Source: Mobula hypostoma (lineage: Eukaryota). Taken from it: a DNA stretch of 64,000 nt. The notes below the pieces were generated by a model that was not told the origin of the DNA, did not search any database, and was given only the letters and a program-made list of their open reading frames with translations. A program made the translations under genes and the position numbers. The stretch lies in the NCBI RefSeq assembly GCF_963921235.1, contig NC_086101.1:9736001-9800000 (forward strand). Direction: 5' to 3'. Shown one piece after another: positions 1 through 11,454 of this stretch (position 1 is its first letter; each line of letters begins with the position of its first letter).

Positions 1-3000
1 TTTAGCACTTCATTTGGCACATTACATATTCAATTCCATTCTGCTCTACTCTTGGTGGTTAACCTGCAGAATTCATGACCTGAGTGAAAGACAGCGTCAG
101 CAAAATTCTGCACCAAGTTTCCTGACATTGAAAAGAGATGTATCTGTTGGAGAAATATTTGGTTGCAAGCTAATTCAAGATGTGAGGTAGCACTTGGTAC
201 GGTGCCGCCTTGTCAGATTTGAGCTTGATATCCAATTTTGTCTTTATTCTTATTTAGAGATACATTGTGAAATTGGCCCTCCTGTTCCAATGAGCCGCAC
301 CTACCTTCTAAACCTGAGCCTAATTACAGGACAATTTACAGTGTCCAGTTAACCTACTAACCAGTAGGAGGAAACATGAGAATGCAAAGGAAACCCCGTG
401 CTCATGGGAAGCAGATACAGAGGATGTTGGAATTAAACGCCGCACTCAATGCATTGAGCTGTAATAGTGTCACACTAACTGCTACGCTACTGTGGCATTC
501 CTTTCTGAAATCAAAAATATGCTCTTTTGCACATTGGATGCATGTCCGTCTCTGATTGCATATAGTTTTTCATGAATTCTATTGTATTTCTTTACTTTCC
601 TGTAATTGTAGGCAAGAAAATGAATCTTGAGGTAGAGCACGCTGACACATTCAAAGTTGTCATTCTTCCACACTCAAGTGAGGAGGGCGTGGAACAAAAT
701 GATTGTAACTCCAGATCTGAAGCAGCATAAAAATCACCATAAATCTAAATATAAATTCAATCCTATATCACACAACTGTGGCTGTGCATAGATGAGTTTA
801 TCTTACATAGACTGATTGTACAAAGTGACACTAGGTACAGGAGTATCTGTACATGACTCTGGCAGGAAATGGTAATGTGGCTGATGGTGATACAGTGGCA
901 CTGGGGTCTGGTGGGGTGGTTAATGGGTGGAGGTGTTGATCAGCCTGATGGCTTAGGGGAGTAACTTGTTTTTGAGTTTGGTGGTCCTGGCGTGGATGCT
1001 GCAAAGCTTCCTCCCTGATGAGAGTGGGGCATACAGTCCATAAGCAGGGTGAGTGGAATTACTGGCCTTTCTCCTGGCACCTTACTGTATACGTATATGT
1101 CCTTGATGTATATACATATGTACTTTGGTAATAAATTTGCTTTGACTTTGATATGAGATTATTTGAAATCTCAGGTCGAGAACTGGGTTTCTTGAGTTTT
1201 TAAGTTATCTCACTGAGAAAGATAAACTTCATCTAGGACTTCCCAGTGCAGAGGAGTTTCCCCAAGACGGGGTCGCCTCAAAACAGAAAAAAGAGCAGGG
1301 GAAATCTAAAAGGATGTTTCCAGAACTCGGGGAACTGGGTTACACAGGGAGGTTGAGCAGGTGGGGACATGTCTTTGAAATATAGGAGATTGAGGGCTAA
1401 ACTTACAGATGAGCTATTTTCCCCAGGATTGGAGAATCAAGAACTTGCTTCCTACTTTTGGGAAGGGAAAACTTGAACACAGAATATGGAATTAATGGTA
1501 GGGCTTTAAAGTGTAGAGAAACAAAGCGATCTTGGGGTCCACAGCCATCGATCCCTCAAAGTTACCGTGCGAGTTGATAAGGTGGCCCGAAATCCACATT
1601 TATTATTGATGTATTTATCATATCCAACCTTGAGATTCATTTTCTTTCAGGCTCTTTCAAAAACAAAGAATCATAGAAGAATTTACTGAAACACACACAA
1701 ACACGTTGGCAAGGTGCTGTAGGGGTTAGCACAATGCTTTATAGTACAGGAAATCCAGGTTCAATTCCTGCCGCTGTCTGTAAGGAGTTTTTATGTTCTC
1801 CCTGTGACCGCATGGTTTTCTCCGGGTGCTCTGGTTTCCTCCCACAGTCCAAAGATACACCGGTTGGTAGGTTAATTGGTCATTGTAGATTGTTCTGTGG
1901 TTTAGGCTAGGCAGGGGATTGCTGGGCCACATGTTTCAAAGGGCCAGAAAGGCATAATCTGTGCTGTATCTGAATAAAATAAACATAAAGACTGCCACAT
2001 CTCCAGTTTTTGTACAAGAGGACAGATCATGTAAACAGTTTTAGAAAAATAAACAAAAAACACATGGAACATGAACTTCAGAGTCTCTGAAAGAGAGTCC
2101 TCAGCTGTGAATCCTGTTCAGTGCTGAGGCAAGTGGAGCCCAGTGTCTGCAGGGCAACAACTGTTCCTGAACCGAGTGATGTGTGACACAAGAGCGCTGT
2201 ACCTTCTACCCACCTGCAGCAGTGAGTAGAGAGGGAGGCTGGTCAAACACAGGCAGACATCGCTGAATGCCAGCTTGTCTTCCAGTCTCGTCCTTGACAA
2301 TTTTAATTTTGCTCGACACTTTAATCAGTGCGGGGTAATGGAACTGAGTACAGGTTTGACTTCCGCTATCAGGCCCCGAAGCAACATCCACTCCCAGTGA
2401 TGGCTGTTCTGCCTGTACCTGCACTCTCAACCCCCAAGAGATCGCAAGAGCCCCAGATCGTTCAGTTAGTTCAAAAGTACATCCTTAAGGTAAGAGTTAC
2501 TGCAGCGATCGCAGTTCAGAAGAAATATATCTTGTAGTTTTGTCAGCTGTCTGCAAAATGTCGCTGTCGGTATCTGGCGCCATCTTGCTGCCATCTTGCT
2601 GCTATAGAAGGCGGATGAAAGTTGAGAAGGTGTATGGTGTGTTTGTTGGCTTTTGTTAATCTGGGGATTGAGTTCAAGAGCCATGAGGTAATGTTGCAGC
2701 TCTATAAAATGTTGGTTTGACCACACTTGGAATATTGTGTTTAGTTCTGTTTGCCTCATTACAGGATGCTTTAGAGAAAGTGCAGAGATATTAAAGATTG
2801 AGCCAGTAAGTGGCAACACTTTGCATGCAGCTCCGAAGGGAATCACCAAATATTTCCATTTAGGACTACTACAGCTCAAATTCAGGCACAAAAATGTGTG
2901 CTTCAGGAAGCAACATCATTTTAAGATGTTTAAAACATCTACTTATACGCAAAATCAGCAGATTCAGGACTGCAGGCACAAATTGTGGTGCAGTTCCCCT

Positions 3001-3034
3001 TTAAGAGACTGGAAGTGGGGACGGCAGCTGGTTT

Positions 3035-5568
3035 AATGTGTGCAATAAAGGAACAGCAGTTATAACGGGTGACTTCAATCTACATGTAGACTGGGTGAAC
3101 CAAATTGGTAAAGGTGCTGAGGAAGAGGATTTCTTGGAATGTATGCGGGATGGTTTTTTGAACCAACATGTCGAGGAACCAACTAGAGAGCAGGCTATTC
3201 TGGACTGGGTTTTGAGCAATGAGGAAGGGTTCATCAGCAATCTTGTCGTAAGAGGCCCCTTGGGTAAGAGTGACCATAATATGGTGGAATTCTTCATTAA
3301 GATGGAGAGTGACATAGTTAATTCAGAAACAAAGGTTCTGAACTTAAAGAGGGGTAACTTTGAAGGTATGAGACGTGAATTAGCTAAGATAGACTGGCAA
3401 ATGACACTTAAAGGATTGACGGTGGATATGCAATGGCAAGCATTTAAAGGTTGCATGGATGAACTACAACAATTGTTCATCCCAGTTTGGTAAAAGAATA
3501 AATCAAGGAAGGTAGTGCACCCGTGGCTGACAAGAGAAATTAGGGATAGTATCAATTCCAAAGAAGAAGCATACAAATTAGCCAGAAAAAGTGGCTCACC
3601 TGAGGACTGGGAGAAATTCAGAGTTCAGCAGAGGAGGACAAAGGGCTTAATTAGGAAGGGGAAAAAAGATTATGAGAGAAAACTGGCAGGGAACATAAAA
3701 ACAGACTGTAAAAGCTTTTATAGATATGTAAAAAGGAAAAGACTGGTAAAGACAAATGTAGGTCCCCTGCAGACAGAAACAGGTGAATTGATTATGGGGA
3801 GCAAGGATATGGCAGACCAATTGAATAATTACTTTGGTTCTGTCTTCACTAAGGAGGACATAAATAATCTTCCAGAAATAGTAAGGGACAGAGGGTCCAG
3901 TGAGATGGAGGAACTGAGCGAAATACATGTTAGTAGGGAAGTGGTGTTAGGTAAATTGAAGGGATTGAAGGCAGATAAATCCCCAGGGCCAGATGGTCTG
4001 CATCCTAGAGTGCTTAAGGAAGTAGCCCAAGAAATAGTGGATGCATTAGTGATAATTTTTCAAAACTAGGTAGATTCTGGGCTATTTCCTGAGGATTGGA
4101 GGGTGGCTAATGTAACGCCACTTTTTGAAAAAGGAGGGAGAGAGAAACCGGGGAATTATAGACCGGTTAGCCTAACGTCGGTGGTGGGGAAACTGCTGGA
4201 GTCAGTTATCAAGGATGTGATAACAGCACATTTGGAAAGTGGTGAAATGATCGGACAAAGTCAGCATGGATTTGTGAAAGGAAAATCATGTCTGACGAAT
4301 CTCATAGAATTTTTTGAGGATGTAACTAGTAGAGTGGCTAGGGGAGAACCAGTGGATGTGGTATATTTGGATTTTCAAAAGGCTTTTGACAAGGTCCCAC
4401 ACAGGAGATTAGTGTGCAAACTTAAAGCACACGGTATTGGGGGTAAGGTATTGGTGTGGGTGGAGAATTGGTTAGCAGACAGGAAGCAAAGAGTGGAAAT
4501 AAACGGGACCTTTTCAGAATGGCAGGCGGTGACTAGTGGGGTACCGCAAGGCTCAGTGCTGGGACCCCAGTTGTTTACAATATATATTAATGACTTGGAT
4601 GAGGGAATTAAATGCAGCATCTTCAAGTTTGCGGATGACACGAAGCTGGGTGGCAGTGTTAGCAGTGAGGAGGATGCCAAGAGGATGCAGGGTGACTTGG
4701 ATAGGTTGGGTGAGTGGGCAAATTCATGGCAGATGCAATTTAATGTGGATAAATGTGAAGTTATCCACTTTGGTGGCAAAAATAGGAAAACAGATTATTA
4801 TTTGAATGGTGGCCGATTAGGAAAAGGGGAGGTGCAACGAGACCTGGGTGTCATTATACACCAGTCATTGAAAGTGGGCATGCAGGTACAGCAGGCGGTG
4901 AAAAAGGCGAATGGTATGCTGGCATTTATAGCGAGAGGATTCGAGTATAGGAGCAGGGAGGTACTACTGCAGTTGTACAAAGCCTTGGTGAGACCACACC
5001 TGGAGTATTGTGTGCAGTTTTGGTCCCCTAATCTGAGGAAAGACATCTTTGCCTAGAGGGAGTACAAAGAAGGTTCACCAGATTGATTCCTGGGATGGCA
5101 GGACTTTCATATGAAGAAAGACTGGATGAACTGGGCTTGTACTCGTTGGAATTTAGAAGATTGAGGGGGGATCTGATTGAAATGTATAAGATCCTAAAGG
5201 GATTGGACAGGCTAGATGCAGGAAGATTGTTCCCGATGTTGGGGAAGTCCAGAACGAGGGGCCACCGTTTGAGGATAGAGGGGAAGCCTTTTAGGACCGA
5301 GATTAGGAAAAACTTCTTCACACAGAGAGTGGTGAATCTGTGGAATTCTCTGCCACAGGAAACTGTTGAGGCCAGTTCATTGGCTATATTTAAGAGGGAG
5401 TTAAATATGGCCCTTGTGGCTACGGGGGTCAGGGGGTATTGAGGGAAGGCTGGGGCGGGGTTCTGAGTTGGATGATCAGCCATGATCATAATAAATGGCG
5501 GTGCAGGCTCGAAGGGCCGAATGGCCTACTCCTGCACCTATTTTCTATGTTTCTATGTCTCTATGTTT
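3035..5568 (+). mobile_element. CR1 LINE, 5'-truncated, young; ORF2 (endonuclease end and reverse transcriptase) inactivated
   Basis: Motifs [41 protein letters not shown]. Stops at 3491-3493 and 4067-4069, 1-nt deletion near 5054, (TTTCTATG)n tail. Confidence 0.95.
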
Positions 5569-5669
5569 ACAAGTACGACGGAAACAGAAAGGCTTTAGAC
5601 CCCTCCCCGCCATCCCAAATATCCTTCTGGTCAATGTATAGTCTCTGGAAAATAAAACTGAACACTCGG

Positions 5670-6770
5670 AGCAAGATGGCTGTATCAGAGGGACAACAGG
5701 GACTGCTGGCTACTTCGCTTTATGAAAACATGGCTATTCTTCACCATTTCAGACACAGCATTGCAGTTCAATGGCTTCATCATTCTCCACAAAGACAGGA
5801 CAGCTCAGTATTTTAAAGGCAGTGGAGGTGAAGTATGCTTTATGATTAACTCATCACGGTGCACAGATGTGGTAATTCTGTCTCAGTCCTGGAACATCTA
5901 GCAGTTCTTTTTGTCTGCCAAGGGCATTTTCTGCCATCTTCCTGATAAGTGGTGTACATTCTATCTCTGGCCAACCTCAGGCAGTCACTGGAGCATTGTA
6001 ATCAGCAGGCACGACAAAGCACACCCTCACTCTGGGGGATTTCAATCAGTCCAGCTTGAAGAAGTCTCTGAACATCTACCACCAACGCACCTCCTGTAAA
6101 ACCAGAAGAGCTGACAGATTTCACCACTGCCACACCACCATCAAAAAGGCTTATTGCATCATCCCACACCCACACTTCGGAAAGTTTAATCACCTAGCTG
6201 AGCATTTACTCACGGCATTTAAGTAGGCAGAGAGTAAAGACTGCCACTTCATTGGTGAGTACCAGGAACGTATGGTCAAGGGAAGGGGATAAAGTGCTTA
6301 TAGACCTGCTATGAATCATTGGACTGGATAATATTCAGGGATTCATCATCAAATCTGAACACACCACAGTTGTCACCAACTTCATCGAGCGCTGTGTGGA
6401 TCAGAGTCTGCTTTCTAGGACATACTGACGTATTCAAAGCAAAACCAGGAGATTTGTGATCTGCTGAGATCTGTGGCATTCAAGATCAGTGATCCAGAAC
6501 TATACAAGAAGTCCATGTACAACTTATGAAGGCTATCATCAGATTGAAAAAAAACAATTCCACTTGAGGTTAGAGATGGAAGTGGATGCACATCAGATCT
6601 GGCAGGGTTTTCAGGCCATTACTTCCCACAAATCGAAGCCTCACATCCTGAATGGCAGTGACACTTCACTCCCAGTCGAGCTCAACTTTGAAAGGGAGAA
6701 TAAGACTACACCTGTGCCAATCCCTGCGGCATCATAGTGACTCTGTGACACGGAGGCCGACGCCAGGACA
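5670..6770 (+). mobile_element. Degraded non-LTR retrotransposon (Rex1/Babar-like), 5' portion
   Basis: Begins caagatggc. Endonuclease remnants (GDFNQ, PHPHFGK) and a WQG...IT segment. Confidence 0.6.
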
Positions 6771-7149
6771 TAGAGAGAACTGCGTTGCTCTGTGTCAATG
6801 ACCAACACAGTTTGTGATCAATAGAGCTAGTCTTTCAATCTAACCCTTCTCTGCTCTGTGAAGGATTCTGGTCTCTCCGATTCCTGGCGAGAGACACTGA
6901 TTGGGTCCAGGGAGGGTGGGTGTGTGGTTTCCAGTGTGGAATATCCAGTGGACTGAGGATTAAGCCCAGCTTTGTAAATGGGTACTCAATTGCATTATCT
7001 CAATGTCAAGGTGAGTGACAACACCAACTCGCCCATCTGCCAGCCTTCCCTCCTTTCATTGATCAAACATTATTCAGTTATTAGGGCTTCATAACCTGTT
7101 GACAGTTTCAAATTAAAATACCATTATTGCTATCTACATTTGAGCTCCT

Positions 7150-8090
7150 GAGGTGGCCCGCTGCCTGAAATCCCTCACTGTGTTCACAGTGACTTCTTGC
7201 CCCTTGTCCAGATACACCTGGGCACGGATGTAATCCCGGAAGAGGGGCCGGCAATCAGCTCAGGCTAAGTGTTTGACTGCCCACTACAGGGACCCATGAA
7301 TGGCCCTGCCTTGGCCAGGCCCAGGAGTTGACCAGCAGATCTCTGTTGTGGCCCTCTCTCCTCCGTAACTGGGTGACATAAATCAGGAGCATGGGTCTGA
7401 CATGTAGACAGAACTTGAAGAACAGCCCCTCCAGATACTCAGACAGAGGCTACAACCTCTCACATTCCTGATACTGCTGGTTCGCTGACTCCCCTGGGCT
7501 GCAGGAAGGGCAGGTGGCTGAGCGTCAATGAACTGACCTAAAAATCTGGTGCACGGCACTGGTCTACACAGCAGCTCCACACCAGGTCCCCAACATACAG
7601 GGGAAGGAGCCCTGCATGCTGGGGTCCTCCCTAGCTATGCCCTGCCTCCCCACCTGCAATGCTTCATCTCCCCCATTTCTTGTCTCAACCACACCCCCTC
7701 CTTGCACCATGACACTATCCCCTAGAATCTACGGTGGCCTGCACCCGAGGGGCTCCCTGTCACAGAGTGAACAGCCTGAAGTACGTCCTTCTCTGATGAC
7801 GGTCACATAGCTGGGGCTGACAGCGGAGAAGAGCTGGTCTCCCTCAGCCAACTGGAAGGCAGCACTGTGGTAAGGAGGCCTCAAACCGGGCCTTGTCTCG
7901 CCAGCCACGCTGGCAGGTGGAGCTCAGTGAGCTGAGTAGGGTCAAGCGGCTCTGCGAGCTCACGGAGAGGTGCTCGAGGAAGACGGAGCTTGCCGCACAG
8001 CACCAGGACACACGGCTGGAGACAAAGTAGCAGCACAGCGTCCTGATGACAAGGTCGAGAGGGTGGTTGTGGTGGGAGACCAGACACAGG
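7150..8090 (-). mobile_element. Degraded L1/Tx1-type ORF2 C-terminal fragment
   Basis: Minus-strand remnants PVPCTRFLGQF, LGLAK..IH and PLFRDYIRA resemble the Tx1 C-terminus. Confidence 0.6.
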
Positions 8091-9207
8091 TCATGGGCAG
8101 AAAAAAGAGAGGAGGTGAGAGGGAAAATAGTATGAGGATTGGAGAGAGAGAGAAGCAGGGAGGGTTGAGAAATTACTGGAAGTTGAGGAAATTGATGTTC
8201 ATGCCATTAGATAGGTGGCTATCCTGTCTCTTCCCTCACCCCTCTCTCCTGTCCCTGTCCCCCCCTCCACACTCCCATCTCTCTCCATGCCTGTCTCTCC
8301 CCAGCACTCTTCTGTCACACCCCCTCTCCTGCCTCCCCTCACCCCTTCCCCCTCTCTCCCACCTCTTCCCCCCACATCTCCCCATACCTCTCTCCTGTCT
8401 CTCTCATCCATATATCAACTCTCTGGTAACTTATTTCCTGCAGGAAGTGACGGATGGATTTGGGAGTGAGCATGGAGTGAGAGTGAGAGATAGAAAAAGG
8501 AAGTACAGAGGGAAAGAAAACAGGAGACAATCAGTGAGAAATGGAGGAATTGTGGAGAGAAAGTGGGAGTGGGAACAGAGAAAAAAAAAGAGCAAGAGAA
8601 GAAAAAGTGAATAAAAAGGCAGAGCAAAAGAAATTAAGGACAGGACTGACAAGAAAGAGAAAAGGGAAGGAATAAAGAAAGAGCATGTGTGAGCGAAGAA
8701 TGAGGGGATAAAGAGGAAGATGTGAGTGAAGAGAGACCTAGAGAGAGGGTAAGAAACAATGAATTAGTTTGTGTGTTTGTGTCTGTGTATTTGTGTGTTT
8801 ATGAGAAAGAGAATGAAAAAGGGGAGGGGGAATGTGAAACAGAAACATAGAAAATAGGTGCAGGAGTAGGCCATTCGGCCCTTCGAGCCTGCACCGCCAT
8901 TCAGTATGATCATGGCTGATCATCCAACTCAGAACCCTGTACCTGCCTTCTCTCCATACCCCCTGATCCCTTTAGCCACAAGGGCCATATCTATGAACGA
9001 GAGGGGGAGAGGGATGAGGGGGGAAGAGAGGGGGGAGAGAGGAAAGAGAGAGGAGAGAGGGGAGGAGACGGGGAGGGGGAGAGGGGGAAAGAGAAAAGGG
9101 GGAGTGAGAAAAGGGGGGAGTGGGCGAAGGAGAGAAAGAAAAAAATAGCAGCGATTCCGTGAATCCATCATATGCCCCCATCCCCCATTCTCACCAGGGA
9201 GAGGAGC

Positions 9208-9375
9208 TATGAGGTGGAAGTCAGCAGGTATGAGGTGGAAGTGAGCAGGTATGAGGTGGAAGTCAGCAGGTATGAGGTGGAAGTCAGCAGGTGTGAGGTG
9301 GAAGTGAGCAGGTATGAGGTGGAAGTCAGCAGGTATGAGGTGGAAGTCAGCAGGTATGAAGTAGAAGTGAGCAGC
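9208..9375. repeat. 21-bp minisatellite, 8 units (TATGAGGTGGAAGTSAGCAGG)
   Basis: Tandem array read directly from the sequence. It produces the spurious YEVEVSR and ADFHLIP repeat ORFs. Confidence 0.95.
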
Positions 9376-9379
9376 CCAG

Positions 9380-9770
9380 GACAATGACGGAGAACTCGGC
9401 AGAAGCGACCCCAATGTCAGCCGGCCTCCCGGGCAGCTTTCCGGTCTCAGTAGTCTTTGGAAGCCCCGTCATAGTACAAACAGCGTAGCCTCAGGTACTG
9501 ACAAGACGTCTCCTGTTCTCCCGAAACTCTGCGATCATCCGGCAGACTTTCAAGCCAGGCTGCGGGAAATCCCCGTTGGAAATCGGAGGCACCCCGCCCT
9601 GCATCATCGTCCGTCTGTGCTACGTGCAATCGCCCCTGCCCCCTTCCATCTTGCGGCGGATCCCTCGCTCCTGAGGAATGGGTATTGACTGACCGCAGGT
9701 AGATCACATGTGTGATCGTGCTCTCCACTCGACTGGGAGAGTTTCCATCCACCGTGGCCATCTGGACCTC
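9380..9770. promoter_or_regulatory. CpG-rich non-repeat island with consensus NF-kB site (candidate enhancer or promoter)
   Basis: GGGAAATCCC at 9564-9573, kB-like GGGCAGCTTTCC at 9431-9442 and GGGAGAGTTTCC at 9735-9746, GACGTC at 9505-9510, GC box at 9592-9599. Confidence 0.45.
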
Positions 9771-11454
9771 TCAGCCCCAAACAGAAGAAAATCTTCAGAT
9801 GCTGGAAATCCAAGCAAAACCCACAAAATGCCGGAGGAACGCAGCAGACTGCCTGATGCTGCCTGGCTTGCTGGGTTCCACCAGCATTTTGTGTGGATCT
9901 CAGCCGCCAGCTATAAGACTATATAAGAACAGAATTAGGCCATTGGCCCGTCGAATCTGCTGTGCCGTTTCATCATGAGTGATTTTTTTTAAAACCTGAT
10001 TCTCCCACCTTTGCACTGTAACCCTTAAGGTCCTTACCAATCAAAAACCTATCAATCTCTGCCGTAAACACACAAGTGACTTTCCCCCCACAGATGTCAA
10101 TGGCAATATGTTCCACAGATTCACCAGCCTCCAGCTAAAGACATTCCCCTCAACTCCATTCTTCCATTCTGGGGCTGTACCCTCTGGTCCCAGACTCTCC
10201 CACCGCTGGAGACATTCTCTCCCCATCTACTCTGTCTAGGTCTTTCAATATTCAGTAGGTTTCATCTAAACTCTGGGGCAGGTACAGACGCCACGAAATG
10301 CTCCTCATAGGTTAACCCTTTAAGGCCTGGAATCATTCTTGTGAGTCTTCTCCAGACCCAATGCCGACACCTTCTGTTTTAGATATGGGACGCATGGCCT
10401 GCTTCCGACCCGAATGATGCTGTGATTCTTTAACCAAGATCCTCAGACACAGATTCCAAAAGTGTACCCCCACCCCACACAAGAAATCCCCGCTGGATGA
10501 GGTTGTGAAGGATAGTAAATCAGCCATGGTGGTTTGGCAGAGGAGACTCGATGGGCTGAATGGCCCAATTCTGCTCCAATGCCTTATGGTCTGATGAGTC
10601 AAGCAACATTGCTTGGACCCAACCAGCAGGGTTTGGATGAGGGAATATAAGATCGGGGTTCGACTCCTACTGCTGCCTTTCAGGACTTTGTACAGTCTGC
10701 ATGGGTTTCCTCCGGGTGCTCCGGTTTCCTCCCACATTCCAAAGTGCTCAGGTTAGGGTTAGTAAGTTGTAGGCATGCCATGTTGGCATCAGAAGCATGG
10801 CTACACATACGGGCTGTCCACGGCACAATCCTCATTCGTTAGATTTGATGCAAATGACTGATCTCACTCAATGTTTTGATGCGCATGTGACAAATAAAGC
10901 TAATGTTTAAGATCTTTAATGTCCTGCCTGCACATGGTCCACACCCCTCCATTCTCTGCATGTTCACATGCCTTTCTAGGTACCTCTTAAACACATTTTT
11001 CCCATCTTATACTAGAATATAAAAACAAGAAGGCTTTATAAGGCATTGATCAGACCACACGTGGAGTATTGTGGCCGCTTCTGGGCCCCTTTTCGAAGAA
11101 AGGATGGGCTGGCATTGGAGAGGGTCCAGAGGAGGTTCACAAGAATGATGCCAGGAATGAAAGGGTTAATGTAACAGAAGCATCTGATGGCTGTTGAGTT
11201 TAGAAGAATGAGGGTGGATCTCACTCAAACATTTTGAATATACAAAGGCCCAGATAGAATGGATGTAGAAAGGATATTTCGGATAGTGGGGGAGTTTCGG
11301 ACCAGAGGGTACAGCCTCAGAATGGAGGGACATCCATTTAGTGCAGAGACGAGGAGGAAATTTTTAGCCAGTGGGTAGTGAATCTGTGGAATTCATTGCC
11401 ACAGAAGGCTGTGGAGGCAAAGTCATTCCATATATTTAAAGCAGAGTTGATAAT

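Noticed and set aside
64..121. Possible 58-nt minus-strand exon (acceptor tctcttttcaatgtcag; one frame reads ETWCRILLTLSFTQVMNSA, signal-peptide-like)
   Set aside because: The donor gttaac is weak, there are no partner exons and it lies at the window edge. It cannot be supported without RNA data.
2328..2600. CpG-containing segment with caagatggcgcc (YY1-like) motif as a possible promoter
   Set aside because: It resembles the 5' end of the non-LTR elements seen elsewhere in the window (for example at 5672), so it is probably repeat-derived.
7970..8652. Long Pro/Ser/Leu-rich and Arg/Glu-rich ORFs
   Set aside because: Purine/pyrimidine low-complexity DNA and repeat fragments that lack stops by composition.
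8929..9414. Repeat-peptide ORFs (YEVEVSR)n and (ADFHLIP)n, and resemblance to a CRISPR array
   Set aside because: By-products of a 21-bp minisatellite. There are no unique spacers and the context is eukaryotic.
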